Part shown: positions 40,201 through 55,200 of the stretch, piece by piece
How the letters are laid out: each line of letters starts with the position of its first letter
Numbering within the stretch: the stretch's first letter is position 1
Origin: Glycera tridactyla
Taxonomy: Eukaryota
Assembly: GCA_965644265.1 (NCBI GenBank)
Contig: OZ286471.1
Location: 46,624,001-46,688,000 of the forward strand
Length of the DNA stretch: 64,000 nt
Direction: 5' to 3'
Notes under the pieces: model-generated
The model's database searches: none
What the model saw: the letters and a program-made list of their open reading frames with translations, nothing else
Told to the model about the DNA's origin: nothing
Translations under genes and position numbers: made by a program

Positions 40201-43200
40201 TTTCCATTTCTGCACTGATTTGATCCGAATGCTTTATCCAGGGTCTGCGAGATTCATGCTTGCAGGAAACATCGATTCAGTCTCTCATAGTTCTGGAACA
40301 TAGCATACATACCACAACCTCAAACATACATACCACAACCTCAAACATTAGTATACAACAACAGACCACCTATCCCCAGGTTTGATGTTTCAGAGCAGGT
40401 GTGCTGTTTTGGTATTCCCACAAGTGGTGGCACGGCAGGAGGCGATTACTGCTTGTTCCCATTCTTCTACAGAGGAACTGAGTATGAGGAGTGTACAACG
40501 CGGGACAATAGTGGAGTCCCATGGTGCTATACTTCAGTTGGCCCTAATGAACTTTGGGGGAATTGTCTCGGTACATATCTTCCTCTATTCTTACTAACAC
40601 CTGGATGTTCACTTGATGAAAAATAGGGAAGTGAATTCTTTATGTGATCCTGGTGTTGAAAATATAATAGGTCTGGTGTTAGGCAGCAGTTTTGAAAGTT
40701 TTCATGGTGACTGAGAGGTAGTCGACCCAGAGTATTCTCTTTGGTTTTAACGATCGAATGTCCTGTACGGCATGACATATGCAATGTTTGGAAATTCTTG
40801 TCTTGGTACTCTCGTATATGTTTGAACTAGTGTCGCTGATGAATCTAGTGAGTTGGAATGTGATCCATACAGCAGATTGACTACATAAGCAGAGATGAGA
40901 TGAACGACCTACTTTTCATGCTCAGACGGCCCACGGTTCAATTGCTACAATACATACATATGTCTTGAAAGGTGTTCAATTCGAAACCCATATGGGTGAT
41001 ATTGAAATGTCTGCTATACACGTTGGCAGTGATAAGATCCCCTTTGGAATGTATGGGGAGGCGCTGATGAATACATACCCTACTCGAGTATTGAGTGTGA
41101 TTAATCTATTTCAATTTCGCGCCAATGCCTGAGACTCGCCCATCAATTCATTGCGTTGACACAGGTTGACAGACAATTAGTCTCAAGGGAGAGATCGTTA
41201 GGTGAAACCTGTCCTGTTATAGCTACTGGAAATATATACTCATAAACCTTCTTGCTTCATGGAGGACGTCTTGACATTCCTAACAATATGTGACCACCTT
41301 TCAGAGGACCCCTGCGCCATATTCAAACCTGGCTCAATTGGTACTACAACATCTACCACAGAATCTCAGGTCACATCAACGGTGCGTTCAACCATGTCTT
41401 CAAGCATACCTTCAACTCTCATAGGTGCATCCACATTGAAAACTTCATCAGTCGTTCCCACAACGACAGCACCTAGCAATTGTTATACACCAACTACTGG
41501 TGGAACGGATGGCATATCTGTGTGTGTCTTCCCCTTCACATACAAGGGCACAGTATATACTGAATGTGCAACACGGGATAATGCAGGGAGACCATGGTGC
41601 TATACAACGCAAACTCCGAGGATTGATCACCTATGGGGAAACTGTGAAGGTAGATAACCTCAGTTCTGCTACATAACACCCACGCACATTGCTCGCAGCC
41701 TCAACATAATGCTTACTGGACCTCCATCATGTAAAATCGATGCACGAGGCTAATGTGTTCTCCATTGATGTTTTCGTACCGGTGATGGTAGTTTTTCTCC
41801 TCACACATGTTAACTTTGTCAAACTTTATCTCTCCAACACCAGGATAAAATGTATCATCTGCCATGGGAACTTCATTACATGTCATTGACCAGATGACCG
41901 TATATCGCCAACACAACCAACCATGCCAGTCCTGTTGACCTTAGAAATATTCATTTCAATTGATGTTGTCGAGAAAAGGTATTGGCACACAATTCTCCTC
42001 CAGGAATGCATATTGCACTATCTGCATGCCAATGTGAGATCATTTGCATATCACCTGAATTGTAATAACGTTGCAGTCTGGTCAACGTTTGGGAAAATCT
42101 GACACATTTAACATCTGTTCGATGAACGCCATCATTAAGGCCAATTCTTCAAGCAACATACATGTATTCTCCGGTCATGATACTGACCGGGGGGGGGGGG
42201 GTGACAATAAACTGCGGATCTGCAATTTCACTGAAGTCTGTGATTTCAAAAGCTCAGCATACCCTGCTTTTACTAATATTTTCAATTCAGAATCATAGTT
42301 GTGTTGGTATACACAAAGTAGTCCCGTGGACAAAAGGTTTTGCTGTTGGTGAAGGGAGGCTGGTGGCATTTCATCTTTGAAGTAGTTCCATCATTTTCTT
42401 ATTCGGCATTACATTTTTTCGAATTTTATCACTAACTTGTGATCAATATCACATTTCTTGCCAATTTTCAAAAGGTGTGTATTGTATCACAGAATCTTAT
42501 GAGGTGTATTATGTTGCGAATCATGAGTGGATCATTCCATCTTTAGATTATGTATTTCATCGGTCGCATCGTAATTCAAACAAATGTGAATCCTAGATTT
42601 GACAACATTAACTTCAACCTAGCAAGGGATTCAGCATTTGTGTGGCATCGCTCGAAATGGTGAGAGTCACCCTTCTGGGGAGGAGTTCTGTCATTCTTGT
42701 TGTAGCTCTCATTCCTTCATACACCTAAGAAGTGATAACCTACTACTTGTTTGGTGAGGCTTCTGCCTTACAATTATTCCGCAAAGGCTAGCCAGGCATT
42801 TCACTTTGGTTGATGATATCAATTCGGAATAGTGAGTGAAGAATGATCATGAACTATGCACAATATGATTTGATGGAGTGCATTGCGATCAGTATTCTCT
42901 AGTACTTAATGATTCCTCCTAAAACAATATTGGGCCTATACTTTGGGTGATCTGTAGCATTTTGTCTTGTGCCTAATATGCAATTGAAAACGATGCACAT
43001 GAATTGGCACCTTGTATGGATCTCATCCCTATTAACTCAAGTCTATTTGCAAAAGCGAACTATGTGATTAACAAACCTGTGCCACAACTATCACCCTTGT
43101 CGCGAACATGAGGAACTCAACTTTTGCCTGAGATATAATATGCAATTGATAACAATGCTACCAAAGTGGCGTTTTCGTTTCGAGTCACATGTTGGACTAT

Positions 43201-46200
43201 TTCACGCTTATATAACCTGCTTTTAAACATTTTTGTGTGACTGGCGTTGGGTTTTACGTCTTGAAGTAGTGTTCTATAATTGCTGCATTAAATGTAGCGA
43301 GTTTGTGAGTGAGGCTCATGTAGTACATCCAGCGATAGCTTTTTTCACTTTTCCGAGTGATAGGTCGAGCTCAGTGATTTCCCGACCCTGATATCAATTG
43401 ACTTGTATTGTACGACATTCAAGATTCAATGATCTGTTATATATCACATTTGTTCAGTCCACCTGAATGACTCCTTTAGGGATTGATAATCATATAATCC
43501 TATCAATAACAAGTAATAAGATTGACAGAAATAAATACTAGTAAGGAGCTCTTCAGCGCCCATTTTTTTCATCGAATTCGAGATTGTCTCGCAGAATCAC
43601 AGATTATATATCATAATTTCAGATATCATGAATGGTTGAGAAATCTTCCAGGTATTGAGAACTGCAGCCTCTCATGCCATGACTAGGACCTTGCAATTAA
43701 TTGAGGTGAGAATATAGGAATGCCATTCAAATTCACAAAGACGGTTCATCAACCGAGTTAGCCATGGCAAGTGTTAATGAAGGATTGGGCATCCTATGGA
43801 GTGAGGTGACAGATCGTATGACATTTTGTATTCTCTAGGCTCTCAAGTACAATCCATATATAGGAATATCCAACTGAAACTCACCCATCATTTGATTCAG
43901 CAGCAATTCTTGATTCTTCTCGATAGTTTGTTTCACAGTAAAGAGAAAAACAAAGTGCAATTAGTTTTTTTCTGTCCATAAATGACTATCTAACTCGATT
44001 ACAGTGGAGGTATGCGGCACAATAAGCACAGTGACGGGATTGACTGAACAAACTACAAGTCCATTGTCTACCGGACAATCAACGAGTACATCATCATCAA
44101 CTACCAGCGTCCTCTCCACCACGATTGATCCAGATACCATTTGCTATACTTTGACTTCGGGTGGTAAGGCGGACGATGGCTCCATATGCATCTTTCCATT
44201 CACATATAAGGGGACTATATATACAGGTTGTACCACCCAAGATAATGGCGGCGTCCCATGGTGCTACACAACTTCTACACCAGAGACTGATCATATCTGG
44301 GGAAATTGCCAAGGTAACTTGAATGAACAAGGCCACCATGTCTATCCTCAATGTTTTATATAGCACATGTATGGACTCCATGATAATTTCGATTGATGTC
44401 CCAGATATGATGCAATACATCACAACCTGGTTCAAATGAGCCAGGGAAGATGAGTCTTTAATTCATCAAAAAGAGCAACAATTGCCATATTTTTATGTAC
44501 TGGGGGTGATGATAGGTATACGATTTTCAGGCTGTACCATAGGCTTTTTTTAACTATCGAAATAGGATACAGAAATATTCATCAACAACGTGTAATTGCT
44601 CTGGAATTTCCATTTCTGCACTGATTTGATCCGAATGTTATATCCAGGCTCTGCGAGATTCATGCTTGCAGGAAACATCGATTCAGTCTCTCATAGTTCT
44701 GGAGCATAGCATACATACCACAACCTCAAACATACATACCACAACCTCAAACATTAGTATACAACAGACCACCTATCCCCTGGTTTGATGTTTCAGAGCA
44801 GGTGTGCTGTTTTGGTATTCCCACAAGTGGTGGCACGGCAGGAGGCGATTACTGCTTGTTCCCATTCTTCTACAGAGGAACTGAGTATGAGGAGTGTACA
44901 ACGCGGGACAATAGTGGAGTCCCATGGTGCTATACTTCAGTTGGCCCTAATGAACTTTGGGGAAATTGTCTCGGTACATATCTTCCTCTATTCTTACTAT
45001 ACCTGGATGTTCACCTGATGAAAAATAGGGAAGTGAATTCTTTATGTGATCCTGGTGTTGAAAATATAATAGGTCTGGTGTTAGGCAGCAGTTTTGAAAG
45101 TTTTCATGGTGACTAAGAGGTAGTCGACCCAGAGTATTCTCTTTGGTTTTAACGATCAAATGTCCTGTACGGCATGACATATGCAATGTTTGGAAATTCT
45201 TGTCTCGGTACTCTCGTATATGTTTGAACTAGTGTCGCTGATGAATCTAGTGAGTTGGAATGTGATCCATACAGCAGATTGACCACATAAGCAGAGATGA
45301 GATGAACGACCTACTTTTCATGCTCAGACTGCCCACGGTTCAATTGCTACAATCCATACATATGTCTTGAAAGGTGTTCAATTCGAAACCCATATGGGTG
45401 ATATTGAAATGTCTGCTATACACGTTGGCAGTGATAGGATCCCCTTTGGAATGTATGGGGAGGCGCTGATGAATACATACCCCACTTGAGTATTGAGTGT
45501 GATTAATCTATTCCAATTTCGCGCCAATACCTTAGACTTGCCCATCAATTCATTGCGTCAACACAGGTCGACGGACAATTAGTCTCAAAGGAGAGATTGT
45601 TAGGTGAAACACATATATCTTCCAGTATGCTCTTTGCCCTTGTTAGTCCGACCAGGCATCAGTATTTTCTGAATCACTTGATTGGAGCATATAACAATTT
45701 TCTTCCCATAACTTTTCAGAGGATCCATGTGCCAGCATCCATCCTGACATTTCTACCAGTGTTTCAACGACTAGATCGCAGACAGCCACACCACCTGCCA
45801 CATCAAAACACACAACGACTAGTCCATTATCTACTTCCACTGAGCCGTTCTGTTTTATCCCAACATCCAGTGGAAGTGCAGGAAATGCCATCTGTGTGTT
45901 ACCATTCCGTTATAAAGGAACCACATACAATGAATGCACTACACGGGATAATAATGGTGTCTCCTGGTGTTACACAACTACCAATCCCCAACAAGATCAT
46001 CTCTGGGGCAACTGTGAAGGTAGATGTAGTATATATTATGGGTAGGGTACACACTCTCTGACCTCAAACTTCTCTTTGCCCTCTCACCCTTGGCGATATG
46101 CTGAGGATGAGGCATGGTCTGCAACCAGCTAAATCCTCCCAAAATCGCAATGGGCATATTGCTCACGATGGGGAAGGGCCTATGTTTCATTTCCATCCTT

Positions 46201-49200
46201 CAAGAGTTATCCACTGTTCCAGTTAATTATCGGGGTCAATCAGAAGTTGGAGAGTCCGAGAGTGTATGATGAGACATCTAGTATATCTTTTGGTTATCAT
46301 AGAATATGCTTATACTATAATGCTTGGTACTTGCTGGATGAAATTGCTGACCCATGCAATATTCAAGAGGAAGACACCTCAAGTGTCTGTTGATTTCACC
46401 AATCTCCGCCTCCCGTAAGGGACCCAGGAGGATCAGTCTTGAATGATCAACCCATGCTCTTTGCATAGAAGTCAAAATATAGCACCAATGGAGCTGATGT
46501 GACGTTGAATCTCCAACAGATAAACATACAAACTCCCAATTCGGTAACAAAGTTAGAATTCGTGTAGTCGTTTTCATCATCTAATGACTCAAGATTCATT
46601 ACTTATGTGGCAGCCCATGCACGCATAAACATCACTAACCTTCTGAACAATATTTCTAACTTTAAGATGCAGGACGAACTACAAAGATGTTTTCCCAAGA
46701 GCACATCATGTACCTTATCAAATCTTCCCACTCATCCAGTACCTGCGTTCTTTATTTTATTTTTGATAATAAACATCTGAATCGACACAGATAATCAGCA
46801 TACCTGACTGATTCGTGCCAAATTGTCATCCATTCCAGGTTCTTGGGATTGACCCCTGCAGAAAGAACACCCAGTTTCCAAAGATCTGAAGCACATAAGT
46901 TGTTATATGCTGTCAGATTCCAACTAATCGCTGAATCAATCATGTTGTGATTTTGATGAACAATCAACCTTGAACAACTGAACAATGGTGAGAGTGACCG
47001 AGCTGCCTATGGTACATGCATTTATGCATACCAATGCCATTGGTTGTAACACTCATCGATTCGTCAGATATCAATGCTGATCAGTAAGTCAACATAGTTG
47101 CCATATGACTGGTTAATTTTTACAACTGGTCAGAACAGATGGAAAAATATGTGGGTATACTGAGGGACTGCTTGAAGGTTACTACATGGAACCACCAATC
47201 ACATGCCAGTGATGGCTAGATGAGGATTGATCAAGAAATTCAAAGGACCTGTTCTATCGAAGCAAGTGGTGAAATTCCCCTAAATAGAACAAGATGCTCG
47301 AGTGAACAAACATTTGACCCTCATTCAGCACTCGTATTCACATTACTTATCGAAATGATTAGGGGAAGAATGAGTGTATATTACAGAAACAATGAGGGTA
47401 TATATGAATGTGAACATGTTCAATAGTGTATTATACCAGTTTTCTTAACATGCAAATGCATAAATTGCAGAGCAAGTCTGTGGATCACTCCCACCCGGGA
47501 TAACAACCACATCCCTGTCAACTACTCTATCAATAACTTCATCGAAGCCAAGCTCACTTTCAACTGGAGCATCAACAGCCACGCAACAGTTCTGCTATAT
47601 CCCCACAGAAGGCGGCACTGCTGGCAGATCTATATGTTACTTCCCTTTCTCATACAAGGGAAGTGTACATTATGACTGCATCATCCAGAACAATGATGGA
47701 GTACCTTGGTGTTATACAACTGATACACCACAATCAGATCGCCTATGGGGCAACTGTCAAGGTAGATTCTGAATATTCAATTTCACAAGAAGTTCATAAC
47801 AAACTAATGCACGATATCAAATCAATCATTGCACAAGTAGTTAGGCTAAATTGAGTACTAATGAGTGTGCTTGAAGATTACAGCATGGCACCACACTTCG
47901 TTGTCACCAAACTGGTAATGGATTCATTGGCTGGTGTGGTGATGGTGAAGGGTAGGCACTAGTAACCACACTTTCATCATGCCAAATGAAACAATGTGTG
48001 GTGTCGAATCCCGACTTCCCATGTTGTTCAGTATATATTTGGAGAATTACCTATAGTGAACGTGCTGAGTTTTTCTTCTTCTTAGAATTGATTCAACTCA
48101 TTCGATCAGAGCAAGTGGTGATATTGTTTCCAAAAAGAGCAAATTGATTGCATCTACCAAAAAAATGGCACTCACCCTTGCTTTTATTCATACCATCTTC
48201 AAAGATTATCAACGAAACACAGATGAAGGTATATCTTGACACGACCATGTTCAATAGAGTATTACACCAGTTTTCTGAAAATATCCATATGCAATACATT
48301 GCAGATCGAGTCTGTGGATCACTCCCACCCAGGATAACAACCACACCCTTGACAACTACTCTACCAATAACTTCATCGAAGCCAAGCTCACTTTCAACTG
48401 GAGCATCAACAGCCACGCAACAGTTCTGCTATATCCCCACAGAAGGCGGCACTGCTGGCAGATCTATGTGTTACTTCCCTTTCTCATACAAGGGAAGTGT
48501 ACATTATGACTGCATCATCCAGAACAATGATGGAGTACCTTGGTGTTATACAACTGATACACCACAATCAGATCGCCTATGGGGCAACTGTCAAGGTAGA
48601 TTCTGAATATTCAATTTCACAAGAAGTTCATAACAAACTAATGCACGGTATCAAATCAATTATTGCACAAGTAGTTAGGCTAAATTGAGTACTAATGAGT
48701 GTGCTTGAAGATTACAGCATGGCACCACACTTCGTTGTCACCAAACTGGTAATGGATTCATTGGCTGGTGTGGTGATGGTGAAGGGTAGGCACTAGTAAC
48801 CACACTTTCATCATGCCAAATGAAACAATGTGTGGTGTCGAATCCCAACTTCCCATGTTGTTCAGTATATATTTGGAGAATTACCTATAGTGAACGTGCT
48901 GAGTTTTTTTTCTTCTTAGAATTGATTCAACTCATTCGATCAGAGCAAGTGGTGATATTGTTTCCAAAAAGAGCAAATTGATTGCATCTACCAAAAAAAT
49001 GGCACTCACCCTTGCTTTTATTCATACCATCTTCAAAGATTATCAACGAAACACAGATGAAGGTATATCTTGACACGACCATGTTCAATAGAGTATTACA
49101 CCAGTTTTCTGAAAATATCCATATGCAATACATTGCAGATCGAGTCTGTGGATCACTCCCACCCAGGATAACAACCACACCCTTGACAACTACTCTACCA

Positions 49201-52200
49201 ATAACTTCATCGAAGCCAAGCTCACTTTCAACTGGAGCATCAACAGCCACGCAACAGTTCTGCTATATCCCCACAGAAGGCGGCACTGCTGGCAGATCTA
49301 TGTGTTACTTCCCTTTCTCATACAAGGGAAGTGTACATTATGACTGCATCATCCAGAACAATGATGGAGTACCTTGGTGTTATACAATTGATACACCACA
49401 ATCAGATCGCCTATGGGGCAACTGTCAAGGTAGATTCTGAATATTCAATTTCACAAGAAGTTCATAACAAACTAATGCACGGTATCAAATCAATTATTGC
49501 ACAAGTAGTTAGGCTAAATTGAGTACTAATGAGTGTGCTTGAAGATTACAGCATGGCACCACACTTCGTTGTCACCAAACTGGTAATGGATTCATTGGTT
49601 GGTGTGGTGATGGTGAAGGGTAGGCACTAGTAACCACACTTTCATCATGCCAAATGAAACAATGTGTGGTGTCGAATCCCAACTTCCCATGTTATTCAGT
49701 ATATATTTGGAGAATTACCTATAGTGAACGTGCTGAGTTTTTTTTCTTCTTAGAATTGATTCAACTCATTCGATCTGAGCAAGTGGTGATATTGTTTCCA
49801 AAAAGAGCAAATTGATTGCATCTACCAAAAAAATGGCACTCACCCTTGCTTTTATTCATACCATCTTCAAAGATTATCAACGAAACACAGATGAAGGTAT
49901 ATCTTGACACGACCATGTTCAATAGAGTATTACACCAGTTTTCTGAAAATATCCATATGCAATACATTGCAGATCGAGTCTGTGGATCACTCCCACCCAG
50001 GATAACAACCAAACCCTTGACAACTACTCTACCAATAACTTCATCGAAGCCAAGCTCACTTTCAACTGGAGCATCAACAGCCACGCAACAGTTCTGCTAT
50101 ATCCCCACAGAAGGCGGCACTGCTGGCAGATCTATGTGTTACTTCCCTTTCCCATACAAGGGAAGTGTACATTATGACTGCATCATTCAGAACAATGATG
50201 GAGTACCTTGGTGTTATACAACTGATACACCACAATCAGATCGCCTATGGGGCAACTGTCAAGGTAGATTCTGAATATTCAATTTCACAAGAAGTTCATA
50301 ACAAACTAATGCACGATATCAAATCAATCATTGCACAAGTAGTTAGGCTAAATTGAGTACTAATGAGTGTGCTTGAAGATTACAGCATGGCACCACACTT
50401 CGTTGTCACCAAACTGGTAATGGATTCATTGGTTGGTGTGGTGATGGTGAAGGGTAGGCACTAGTAACCACACTTTCATCATGCCAAATGAAACAATGTG
50501 TGGTGTCGAATCCCGACTTCCCATGTTGTTCAGTATATATTTGGAGAATTACCTATAGTGAACGTGCTGAGTTTTTCTTCTTCTTAGAATTGATTCAACT
50601 CATTCGACAGAGCAAGTGGTGATATTGTTTCCAAGAAGAGCAAATTGATTGCATCTACCAAAAAAATGGCACTCACCCTTGCTTTTATTCATACCATCTT
50701 CAAAGATTATCAACGAAACACAGATGAAGGTATATCTTGACACGACCATGTTCAATAGAGTATTACACCAGTTTTCTGAAAATATCCATATGCAATACAT
50801 TGCAGATCGAGTCTGTGGATCACTTCCACCCAAGATAACAACCACACCCTTGACAACCTCAGTGCCCACAACTTCATCGGAGCCAAGCTCACTTTCAACT
50901 GGAGCATCAACAGCCACGGATCAGTTTTGCTATATTCCTACAGAAGGTGGCACTGCTGGCAGATCTATATGTTACTTCCCTTTCTCATACAAGGGTAGTG
51001 TCCATTATGACTGCATCATTCAGAACAATGATGGAGTACTTTGGTGTTATACAACTGATACACCAAAATCAGATCGCCTATGGGGCAACTGTCAAGGTAG
51101 ATTCTGAACATTCAATTTCATAAGAAATTCATAACAAACAAATGCACGATAGTGAATCAATCATTGCACAAGTAGTTAGACTAACCTGAGTACTAATGAG
51201 TGTTGCTATAGGGAAGATAGAGGTATTCATTGATTGATAGGCAGGACCTAGTAAGGTCTTCATCACATGCTTGAAGATTACAGCATGGAACAACACTTCG
51301 TTGTCACCGAACTGATAATTGATTCATTGGTGGGTGTGGTGATGGTTAATAGAATGCACTAGTGACCACCACTTCCATCATGCCAAAAGTAGAAAAAAAG
51401 GAAGCAATGTGTGGTGTCAAATCCTTGACTTCCCATGTAGTTCAGTATATATTTGGGAGAATTACCTCTACCGAACGTGCTGGGTGAATGACGATTGCTC
51501 TGAAAATTGATTCAACTCATTCAACCAAAGCGAGTGGTGATATTGTTTCCGAATAGAGCAAATTGTTTGCATTTATAGAACAATTGCCCTCATTGAACCC
51601 TTGCTTCTATTCATGACATCTTTAAAGATTATCGAAGAAACACCGATGAAGGCATATTTTGACTCAATCATGTTCGAAAGAGTGTCATATTCCCATATGA
51701 ATCAGTATACAATTGGTAAATTACCTATAGTGAATGTGTTGGTTGAATGGGGATTGAATAGAAAATTGATTTAACCTGTTCTATCAAAGCAAGTTGTGAT
51801 AAGGTTTGCAAATGGGATAAATTGCATGCGTATACCGAACAATTGACCCTCATTTCAACCTGGCTTTCATACTATCTTTAGAAATTATTACAGGAACAAT
51901 GATGAGTATATATTTAGGAATGTCCATGTTCAATAAAGAATTATAGCAGTTGTTTGAATATGTATATGCGATACATTGCAGAACAAGTCTGTGGATCACT
52001 CCCACCTAGATTAACAACCACACCCTTGACAACCTCAGTGCCCACAACTTCATCGAAGCCAAGCTCAATTTCAACAGGAGCATCAACAGCCACGGATCAG
52101 TTCTGCTATATCCCTACAGAAGGTGGCACTGCTGGCAGATCTATATGTTACTTCCCTTTCTCATACAAGGGTAGTGTACATTATGACTGCATCATTCAGA

Positions 52201-55200
52201 ACAATGATGGAGTACCTTGGTGTTATACAACTGATACACCAAAATCAGATCGCCTATGGGGCAACTGTCAAGGTAGATTCTGAACATTCAATTTCACCAA
52301 AAGTTCATAACAAACTAATGCACGATATTGAATCTATCATTGCACAAGCAGTTATAATACCGAATCGAGTACTAACGAATGTGGCTGTGGGAAGGATAGT
52401 GGTATACATAAACTGATGGGCAGGACCTCGTAAGGTCTTGATCACATGCTTGAAGGTTCGGGCATGGAACATCACTTTGTTGTCACTAAACTTGTGATAA
52501 ACTCAATGGTAGAAGTGATGATGGTGAAGGGTATGCACTGGTGACCACCACTTCCATCATGCCAGAAGTGGAAAAAAGGAAGCAATGTATTGGGTCAAAT
52601 CCTTGACTGCCAATGTAGCTCAGTATATACTCGGTGATTTATCCATAGTGAACGTGCTGGGTGAATGAGGATTGATCAGGAAATTGATTGAACCTTTTCA
52701 ATCAAAGCAAGTGGTGATATTATTCCAAATAGAGCAAATTGTATGTGTATACCAAACAATTAGCCTTCATTCTACACTTGCTTCTATTCATACCAAGTTG
52801 TGAATAAAGTTATATCTTGAAATGACCGTTTTTCTGAATATGCATATTCAATACATTGCAGATAAAGTCTGTGAATCACTCCCACCTAGGATATCAACCA
52901 CACCCTTGACAACCTCTCTTCCCAAAACTTCATCAGAGCCGAGCCCACTTCTAACAGTTCATAACAAACTAATGCACAATTTCACATGTATTATTGCACT
53001 AGTAGGTACACTAAATTGATTACTATTCAGAATTGCTTTCGAGATAGATGTATGGATACTTGGGCTAGTGTATACTAGGAAACAGTCACGTCTTTATCAC
53101 ATGCTCGAAGGCCACCACAAGGGATTTGTGGTGATGGTAAAGGGTATGCACTTCCAACAAGCAATGTCATTTTGTAACAAACCTATGAAATGCAGCAGAT
53201 TGTATGCTTTAAAAACCTAAATTCCCATATGATTCAGTATATAATTGGTGAAATACCTATAGTGAATGTGTTGGGTGGATAAAGATTGAATAGAAAATTC
53301 ATCTAACCTGTTCAATCAAAGCAAGTGGTAAAAGGTTTACAAATGGGATAAATTGCATGCGTATACAGAACAATTGACCCTCATTTCACCCTGGCTTTCA
53401 TACTATCTTTAGAAATTATTACAGGAACAGTGATGAGTGTATATCTGGAAATAACTATGTTCAATGAAGAATTTTATCAGGTGTTTGAATATATATATAT
53501 ATGTGATACATTGCAGAACAAGTCTGTGGATCACTCCCACCTAGGATAATAACCACAACCTTGACAACCTCAGTGCCCACAACTTCATCAGAGCCGAGCT
53601 CACTTCAGACAGGAGCATCAACAGTCACGGATCAGTTCTGCTATATTCCTACAGAAGGTGGCACTGCTGGCAGATCTATGTGTTACTTCCCTTTCTCATA
53701 CAAGGGAAGTGTACATTATGATTGCATCATTCAGAACAATGATGGAGTACCTTGGTGTTATACAACTGATACACCACAATCAGATCGCCTATGGGGCAAC
53801 TGTCAAGGTAGATTCTGAACATTCACTTTCACAAGGATTTCATAACATACTAATGCACAATATCACATGTATCATCGCACTAGTAGCTACACTAAATTGA
53901 TTACTAATTATAATTGCTTTTGAGAGAGATGTATGCATACATGGACTAGTGTATAGTAGGAACCATCCACATCTTTATCACATGCTCAAAGGCCACCACA
54001 CGGGATCACTATCACTTGTCAGTTCATCAACATACTTAACTGATAATGTGTTGAGAGGGGTTAGTGGTGATCGTGAAGGGTATGCACTGGCAACAACCAA
54101 TGCCACCATGTAACAAACCTATGAAATACAGCAGATTGTATGCTTTAAAATCTAAATTCCCATATGATTCAGTATATAATTGGTGAATAACCTATAGTGA
54201 ATGTGTTGGATGGATAAAGATTAAATAGAAAATTCATTTAACCTGCTCATTCAAAGCAAGTGGCGATAAGGTTTACAAATGGAATGAATTGCATGCGTAT
54301 ACAGAACAATTGACCCTCATTTCAACCTGGCTTTCATACTATCTTTAGAAATTATTAAAGGAACAATGATGAGTGTATATCTGGAAATAACCATGTTCAA
54401 TGAAGAATTATAGCAGTTGTTTGAATATGTATATGCGATACATTGCAGAACAAGTCTGTGGATCACTCCCACCTAGAATAACAACCACACCCTTGACAAC
54501 CTCAGTGCCCACAACTTCATCGGAGCCAAGCTCAATTTCAACAGGAGCATCAACAGTCACGGATCAGTTCTGCTATATTCCTACAGAAGGTGGCACTGCT
54601 GGCAGATCTATATGTTACTTCCCTTTCTCATACAAGGGAAGTGTACATTATGACTGCATCATTCAGAACAATGATGGAGTACCTTGGTGTTATACAACTG
54701 ATACATCAAAATCAGATCGCCTATGGGGCAACTGTCAAGGTAGATTCTGAACATTCAATTTCACAGGAAGTTCATAACAAACTAATGCACGATATCAAAT
54801 CAATCATTGCACAAGTAGTTAGGCTAAATTGAGTACTAATGAGTGTGCTTGAAGATTACAGCATGGAACCACACTTCGTTGTCACCAAACTGGTAATGGA
54901 TTCTTTGGTTGGTGGGGTGATGGTGAAGGGTAGGCACGAGTGACCACACTTCCATCATGCCAGAAGTGGGAGAAATGAAACGATTTGTGGTGTCGAATCC
55001 CGACTTCCCATGTTGTTCAGTATATATTCGGAGAATTACCTATAGTGAACGTGCTGATATTTTTTTCTTAAAATTGATTTGACTCATCCGATCAGAGCAA
55101 GTGGTGATATTGTTTCCAGAAAGAGCAGATTGATTGCATCTACCAAAAAATGACACTCACCCTTGCTTCTTTTCATACCATCTTTTATCAGAGAGACACA

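Larger units (their letters stand above)
32381..45610 (+). repeat. Three tandem copies of a ~4.41-kb unit, each carrying three FN2 exons (DPC, EVCG, CC types)
   Basis: CCTGTCCTGTTATAG starts at 32381, 36796 and 41208 (offsets 4415 and 4412). Exon and intron sequences are near-identical with scattered substitutions and indels. Similarity ends after TAGGTGAAAC at about 45610. Confidence 0.95.

Noticed and set aside
32381-45610. Triplication as a pure assembly duplication of identical reads
   Set aside because: The copies differ by many substitutions and small indels. Allelic haplotypes placed in tandem are not fully excluded, so the caveat is kept in the finding.
32432-50274. ORF-track N-terminal extensions (MEDVLTFLTICDHLS..., MHLPKKW...) read as starts of independent single-domain FN2 genes
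   Set aside because: These extensions lie upstream of strong AG acceptors, lack a hydrophobic signal peptide, and each ORF ends a few codons after a GT donor. They are intron read-through.
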